Of a stretch of 64,000 nt of DNA, positions 57,031-64,000 are shown piece by piece. The notes below the pieces were generated by a model. The model saw nothing but the letters and a program-made list of their open reading frames with translations. It made no database searches and was not told where the DNA came from. Within the stretch, counting starts at the first letter, position 1; every line of letters starts with the position of its first letter. A program made the translations under genes and the position numbers. Source of the stretch: Paraspadella gotoi. Its lineage: Eukaryota; Animalia; Chaetognatha. Location: NCBI GenBank assembly GCA_051294375.1, contig CM119263.1:25511367-25575366 (forward strand). The letters run 5' to 3'.

Positions 57031-59994
57031 ATAGATTCGTGATTTATTTTTATTATTATACAGTTTATGGATAAAAGAGTTTTCTTAGAGAGAAAATAAT
57101 TTATATATACATAAAACCATTAAACTAAATCTTTTTAAAACACGTCATGGGCTGGCAACGATTGTTTTTCCGGTGAGCTGTTTAAATGGTGAGGAACGGC
57201 ACCTGTGTGACACGGGCTGTTGTTCATCTCGTGAACGAATACGCTTAGCAAGGCAGAAATTAAGTGAGAAAAAAAATCTCGCGTTAATTAAAACATTTGC
57301 TCCGCGACAAAAGTTAATTATAAAAAAAAATTAAATAAAATGAAGTACTGGAAAAAGGCCGAAAAAAATTAAAAGCTTCTTGTTTAACATAAACAGAATG
57401 AAAGGGACGAGGACGGAAAGCACTCGGGATGAGGTCGTTTTAATCGTTATGCAAAAATTTTCAATGAAAATAGCTCAATATGTGTTGGGTAACCTGTAAT
57501 ATCAATTTGTTTTGTTATCTCCATTTTTTATTTCTTTTCTTAACTTTATCAAATTAATGTTTATGTTTTTAAACAATTTTTAATGAGCTTAAAACCATTG
57601 CTGTTTATTTTGCTTGGAACAAAACTCGGCATGTTTTTCCCCTCCAAATGTTCTGCTACAAAAATAATACCCGCGTCCAAGTAAGAAAGAAATAATGATA
57701 AATAAATGGAAAATCAAAACAATGGCGTCGGAAAAAAGAAGAGTACGGGAAAAGACTAAATATTTACGGTATTGTGACGGTATAGCCAAACCGCCTTACA
57801 TCTTCCATCGTTCAGCCAATCCCATTGGCTCAGAGGGGGAACGCACCATCCCAGAGTCCTAACGATTCCCCTCCGCGTTGGCAAAGCGAGAACGTCCTAG
57901 GGTAACCGCGCCAGTGGCAGGCGGCGCCACTGAGGGTCGAAAGCCCCCTTTAGCCAACAGTGAGATGCCCCATCCCAATGGGCATCGGAAAAAAAAAATG
58001 TCATAAAATGGAGGGGGAAAAAAATTAAGAAATAACAAATATAGAAAGAAAAAATAAGTGAGAAAAGATGATTTTTGGTGACGAAGACTGAAAACAAAAG
58101 TCTTCGCCTCTGGGATGAGGAAGATGAGAGGCAACGGAACGGAGGGAGTTAAAGCGCGATAATTGGAATGAGAAAGAGGCGATAAAAAGAAGGAAGAAAA
58201 AAAAGAAATAAAAAGAAAAGAATTAAAGGATGGATATGAAAAGAAAAATGAAAAGAAAGAAACTGCATGGGTGAAGGAATAATCTTATGGATCCGCCTGT
58301 CAAAACACAAATACTATCAAATATTCTAAACCACAGAAAACTTGTTCAGTTTGCAGTAAAGCAAATAACGTAGGCACGGTTCCCTAGACACCCCGTCAGA
58401 TTCGTTCTTCCGGCGAAGAGCTATAATTGTGATTGTGAAAAATATACTTTTAATCTCCTGCTTAATATTTAATTTCGAACGGACCACCTTCAGTCAGTCA
58501 ATTGAGCTTCGGTTACACCCTTTTTTTTTCCAAAATGACGCCATGAATATTTCAGTTCAAAAACGAGGAGACCGGATCCGAAAATCGCGATATAACTGGA
58601 TTATTTTCAATCGCGAGATTCGTTTTTACGACGATCGTTTCGTTTTCTTTTTTTTTTCTTTCTTCAAGTTTTTACCTTCGCCAAATTCAATCTTCTCTTT
58701 TCCCCAATTTTCCTCTATTCGGTTCATGGAGTTTTTTTCTTTCCTTTTTTTTTCTTCCATCCACCGAGGATTTTCTGTCGTTTCTTTCTTTTTTTTTTAC
58801 AACCGCTTCCTTCCTTTCCTCTCCGCCTTAATTTTTTACCTCGAGGGCATCTGAAGGTTTTTTTCCACTCCTCCTCTTCATCCTCCTTTCTTACATCCGG
58901 CTGGAAACCGGATATCGCCCACTTCTGTTTTTTCTTTCTTTTCCTTATGCTTTTTCTCCTCTGTTTTTTCTCCGTCTCTCTTTGTTTTCCTTTCGTCATC
59001 CAGGCCAAAACTCTTCAATCATCGTTTTTTAACTCATCGCTTTCGCGATCTCCGCACCATTTCTTCTTCGCCCCCTTCCCCCTCCCAATGCCGCGCCTCC
59101 CCATCTACGACCGAATCGCGCGCACGCGCCGACGCACGCGAGCGCTCCATCTCGTCCACCTCGCCAGCCTCGGCGCTAACTCGATTTCCGGCGCCCAACC
59201 GGTCCTGTCGGCGCCGAGAGAGCCGGACGCGCCCCACTCGTCGCGTTGGGTTTTTTATCTTCCTTTTTTTTCCCGCCATCTTTTTTTTTCTCGATCTCCC
59301 TTTTCTTCTTCTTCCTCCTCTCGTTTCTCCTCCCCCGGTTTCTTTTTTTGTTTACGAGGAGCGGCGAGGGTTTGTTGAGGGCGGCGGCGGCGGCGGGCAG
59401 ACCGGGGGCCGGGAGGCGGCGACCGTGGAAAGCGCGAGGATTCGCTGCATCAAATCGACGCATGCGTGTTCCCGGACGCGACGAGGATGAGGCGAGAAGG
59501 GGAAGAGCAGCGAAGCGCCGTTGGCCGACCCGACGTCGTGTCGATTCGGTTCGGGAAAAAAGGAGGAACGACTCGTTCTCTCTCCTTGCGTTGCCGAGGA
59601 GTAAAAATCCATGCATGGAGAAATATAATGCGCGCTCTCTCCCTCTCTCTCTCTCTCTGTCACACTCAGCCCCCTTCCGTCTTAACGCGGGACAGACTTG
59701 CCAGTTACGGCTGCTGGGCAACGACGAAGACGATAATTTCTGTTTTATCCTCAAACCTCATTCGCTGCGCTGACTCATTTTCGTCGTCCGTTGCTCTCGC
59801 TTTCGCTCACTCTCTCTCTCACTCTCTCTGCTCATTTGCCTCCTCTGTTCTCTCATTCATTTTTTTTCAATCATTTAATTCATTCATTTTCTCCTTTTCC
59901 TCTTTTATCCTCGTTTACCGCGTTCGCTCTCCTCAATTTGATCAATCTTTGTGCTAATTCATTTCAGACGCTTAGAGAACTAAGCCTTTTTTTT

Positions 59995-60812
59995 AGTCGG
60001 ATCTGCTTTACAGCAGATTCCGGCTCTATAATTCACTTTGTTGGTCCGTCGGTCCGGCCCCCCAATCTTGTCGGGCAATCACTTATATCATGTCAGAACA
60101 TCGAATTAGAAAAATTATGCAAAAAAAAAAACTATGACCGTCCGTCCGTCCGTCCATCCGTCCGTTCGTCCATCCGTCCGTTCGTTCGTCCATCCGTTCG
60201 TCCGTCCATCCATCCGTCCCACCTTAGCAAAAAACTCCAATTGCTCCTGATTGGATGGATGGATCGGAGTGAAATTTTGTGAGTGGGTAGGAAAGTGTGG
60301 AATTGAGCTGGAAATCGAGTTTTGCTGGAATCGTCCGAGTGGAAATGAGTTAAAATGAAAAACAAAAAAATCTATTTCACTATTTGAACGCCAATTACTA
60401 ATGAGTTGATGGGGCATTTGACTTGAAATTTTGTATGTGGATAGGAAAGAGTGTGATTAAGCTAAAAATCAAGTTTTCATAGAATCGTTTAAGTGGAAAT
60501 GAGTTAAAATGGAAAAACAAACAATCTATTTTACTATTTGATTATGCTTTTTTATTTTTATGTTAAATGTAAATTCAAGCTGCATTAATTAATTATTAAT
60601 AAATAATTAATTAATTATTAATTATTTGTAATTAATTAATTAATTTTGTGATCGAGATTGTTGTTTTGTGATTGAGAGGCGGGACAAAGTGGAAAACGAT
60701 ATTGACACGATTAAAAAAAATTAATATTAATTAATTAATTAATTGATTATCTGATCAGCTTCTTACCGCTAATGATCGTGGGCAGATCCGGCATTGTTTG
60801 CTCAAACTTGTT
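59995..60812 (+). mobile_element. HINE-like family 1 copy (full-length)
   Basis: T-run, then AGTCGGATCTGC...GCAGATTCCGGCT; long (CCGT/CCAT)n tract; 3' GGGCAGATCCGGCATTGTTTGCTCAAACTTGTT followed by T. Confidence 0.75.
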
Positions 60813-61917
60813 TATTGTTTCCTGCCTTCGACTTCGCTCGAAATTTCATTGATAAATTTTTATTCCCGGTCGTTTGTAAGAGCGAAATTTGACAATCGTT
60901 GTAAATACTTTTTTAATGTCTATGACTGTGTATGTGAATATTACGAATTTAACTAAGAGTCAAGCCTTTAATGTTCGTCGTGACAAACATTAAAAAAGAG
61001 AGTAAAATGGAATTGTCTTAGTATGAACTCGCATCTTAAAATAACCGCGTCTTTTGTCTCTCTCGTCCTTTCGCCATTTTCATCGTCTTCTTGAGTACAA
61101 ATGGAGCCGTGGAAATCGGGGGCGTGGGCGTCTCAAGGCCGCCCCTTGGCGAGAGACGGCTCCGCACGGCGAAACCGCCCACAGCGCTGTAATGACTTTC
61201 ATTTTCGACTTTCATTCTCCTATGTTATCAACTGTATTAACGGAGTAATCTCGTTACATGACTGTATCGTCTACTTATTAAGACTTACTACATATTAATA
61301 TCAATCATTAATTTAAAGAAAAGCTCTTGGCGACGAATCTATCCATTCTGTCTGAACAAATATAAAAAAAATATTTTTTTTCGATCGTCGTTGAGGGTGA
61401 CATACTTCGTTAAACCGAATATTCAATTACTTATATATACACGAAATTAAGCATGATTCACGATAACATTTAACTCGAATGATGATTTTATTAAATATGA
61501 TAAAGAATAATTTTGTACCTACCGCAATTATGCAATAACCATGTATTATGTACATAATAGAATAATCGAAAAGCAGACGAGGAAGTTTTGGCTTTTGCAC
61601 AAAATCTATACAAAAAGGAAAATTAGTACAATTCTTATAGCGTGTATTATTTTGTTCGCAAAAAAAATATTTAGCACGTTGTTGTTGGTGACATCGCTTT
61701 CTAAAATATTAGTAAAAACTTAAGACGTTGCAAGTGATCTGAGCATATTTGTGAAAATATTTTTTTCAGAGATATGTCTAATAATGAAAGTTTTAAAAAA
61801 ATTTAACACATTTATTCAATGAGACTTTTGGGCTTTAAAATATTTTCAAAATTCAAAATCTGAAGTCACCAATAGACATTATATGATGTAATGTATTATA
61901 ATTTAACATTATATATA

Positions 61918-62444
61918 CAGGAAGGACCAGCTCTAATGGGACTAACTTCTAATGCTTACAGCACAAAAACTGTTTATGATAGAAGAAAAGCGAAACAATA
62001 TTTGGAAACTAGGCTAATTTCTCTTTTAGTCGATATCAAAAACGTCTGGAAAATCCAACAGCAACTCTTATAATTGATTTTTTTTCGCGCTTTTTCTTTA
62101 CAAAATTTTGAGAAAATTTGGTAAAAATCAAAATGAAGCAGTTTTTATCGCGCAATTTTTCTGACTGCAATCTCCCTGATTAATAAAAATATAGAATAGA
62201 GAAGCAGAATGTCCCAGAACTGTTTACTTTTTGACTGCAGCAATTGTTGTAGGAATTGCAGGATTCCAAATGGGCGCATTCGAAAAAGCATGAGCCGCCT
62301 TCTCTGCCTCTGGACAGTGGACACTTGAAGAAAGTCAGGGTTGCCAAAGGTTAATTTTTTTAATAGATTGTGTTGCCATTTTCTTTTATTTACCAATCCA
62401 AACGACTTTTTTAAATTTAGTCCCAATAGAGCTGGACCTCCCTG
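61918..62444. mobile_element. Tc1/mariner-type MITE
   Basis: 27-bp TIRs CAGGAAGGACCAGCTCTAATGGGACTA and TAGTCCCAATAGAGCTGGACCTCCCTG (3 mismatches), flanked by TA on both sides; no transposase. Confidence 0.8.
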
Positions 62445-63227
62445 TAGAACTTTATTCTCATCTTATTAAGATTCTTAAGATGCTTTTGACTGAATTCATA
62501 TGCATCAATCAATAATTTCAGAACCATCATAACTGAAGTTGCATGTGTTAATTGCTTTTAATTCTAAAGTTGACTATTTGCTTAAGAGTTTCAGACCTCT
62601 CTATTGCCTAACTTTTTACTACAATCGAAGTTTTCATCCCAAAATTATCAGAGTTGAAGCAAAAAGATATTTGACCTTAGTTCCGTTTTTATTTTAGTTC
62701 TTTTCTTTTTTTCGTGTTTTTTTTTCAAACTGATAGGTGAAAGCTTAAAACATGTAATGTAATAATAATTTTCACTGAAACTCTTATTATACATTTTTTA
62801 ACTATATTAAAGTAATTTCGCTATATAGCAAAGCTTCCTCGTCGTTACTGCTCTGAAAAAAGATGTTTAAAAAAGTAAAAAGGTCTTGTATGTAAATTAA
62901 TATATATTTTTAAATTTCGAATGATTAAAAGTTTCAGAGCAAGCTTATAAACACTTTTAAAATTGTGTCGTGGGGTTAACAAGTAATTCAATTATTCATC
63001 AAATTTAACCAAAGCCCAACTATCACAATTCATAGGTCAGGATAAAAATTAGTCATTCCTAACTTGTTTTCCGCATTTTGCAGTAAGAGGCAAGTTGGCT
63101 CTTCACCCTTTGCCCTCAGCCCGCCAAACCCAGCGAATCGCCGTCGTCTCCGCGTCTCGAGTCTCCGTCGTCTTCCAAAAATCCAGACTTATCCCTCTCC
63201 TCTTTTTGGCATCCGCCCAGCACCGCA

Positions 63228-63842
63228 ATGACGGATGGCACTGGCGCCGGAGGCGGCGGGGTGGACGACCTGGCCGACCTTCAGATCAGCATGAATCGCA
63301 CGACCGACGAGTCGCTCGAGTCCACGCGGCGCATGTTGCAGCTGGCCGAGGAGAGCAAGGAAGCGGGCATCTCCACTCTCGTCAATCTGGACGAACAGGG
63401 GGAGCAGCTGGATAGGATCGAAGAAGGCATGGACAAGATCCACGAGGATATGGGCACCGCCGAGAAGGCGCTGGAAGGACTGGAGGCCTGCTGCGGCCTC
63501 TGCGTCCTTCCGTGGCAGAAGCGCCAGAAAAAGGGGGACGAAGAGGCGTGGAAGAACGAGGGGGGCCAGCCGACGGGGAGTCAACCCCAACGCATCATGG
63601 GTGACGGTGTGATGATGAGCGGGAACTTCGTTACCAAGGTAACCAACGATGCGCGAGAGGACGAGATGGAGCAGAACGTCGCGGAGGTCAGCAACATGAT
63701 CGGGAACCTCAGGAATATGGCCATTGACGTAGGGTCGGAGATCGACAACCAAAACAGACAAATCGACCGAATAACCAATAAGGGAGCTTCCAACGAAACG
63801 CGGGTCAAAACCGCCAATGAAAGGGCGAACAAGCTGTTGTAA
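63228..63842 (+). CDS. SNAP25: SNAP-25 (Qbc-SNARE), single coding exon
   Basis: TTDESLESTRRMLQLAEESKEAGISTLVNLDEQGEQLDRIEEGMDKI, Cys cluster ACCGLCVLPW, SQPQR linker, and TNDAREDEMEQN...IGNLRNMAIDVGSEIDNQNRQIDRI. Confidence 0.97.
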   Translation: MTDGTGAGGGGVDDLADLQISMNRTTDESLESTRRMLQLAEESKEAGISTLVNLDEQGEQLDRIEEGMDKIHEDMGTAEKALEGLEACCGLCVLPWQKRQKKGDEEAWKNEGGQPTGSQPQRIMGDGVMMSGNFVTKVTNDAREDEMEQNVAEVSNMIGNLRNMAIDVGSEIDNQNRQIDRITNKGASNETRVKTANERANKLL

Positions 63843-64000
63843 CTCCGCGGTTACCTTGTAACGATGCCGGTTTTACGAACGATATAGTTTCGTCGATAGA
63901 CGATTTTATTCAAAATCGTTACAAAATCGAGAATTAAAATTACGGTGGGTTTTCGAGAAAATATGACGTTGATTAGTATAGCTTTCTTTGATTAATGATT

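Noticed and set aside
59034-59957. Cluster of overlapping 80-190 aa ORFs on both strands
   Set aside because: Low-complexity R/F/S-rich translations arising from a GC island and pyrimidine tracts, with no recognisable domain.

Overview
AT-rich, intron-rich eukaryotic DNA from an invertebrate animal; the taxon cannot be fixed from this window. Manual splicing recovers seven genes with recognisable families: SLC34-type Na+/phosphate cotransporter (-), a divergent G-protein alpha subunit (+), WASP (+), an LDLa-repeat single-pass receptor with PPxY motifs (+), CEP295/Ana1 (-), a class A GPCR nested antisense in a CEP295 intron (+), and a SNAP-25 with an intronless CDS (+). There is also an orphan three-exon C-terminal fragment of an inward-rectifier K+ channel with an in-frame TAG. 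The most unusual coding feature is an intronless 1120-aa ORF (49359-52721). It appears to fuse a degenerate MFHAS1-like Roc-COR module to a FAM111-like trypsin protease with an intact His-Asp-Ser triad. Non-coding DNA holds seven copies or remnants of a minimal type I hammerhead ribozyme motif, mostly inside inverted repeats (Penelope-like pseudo-LTR signature). It also holds two DINE-1/HINE-like Helentron-type families, a Tc1/mariner MITE, a tRNA-derived SINE, several unclassified repeats and many microsatellites. All family assignments come from motif recognition by eye, not from database searches.
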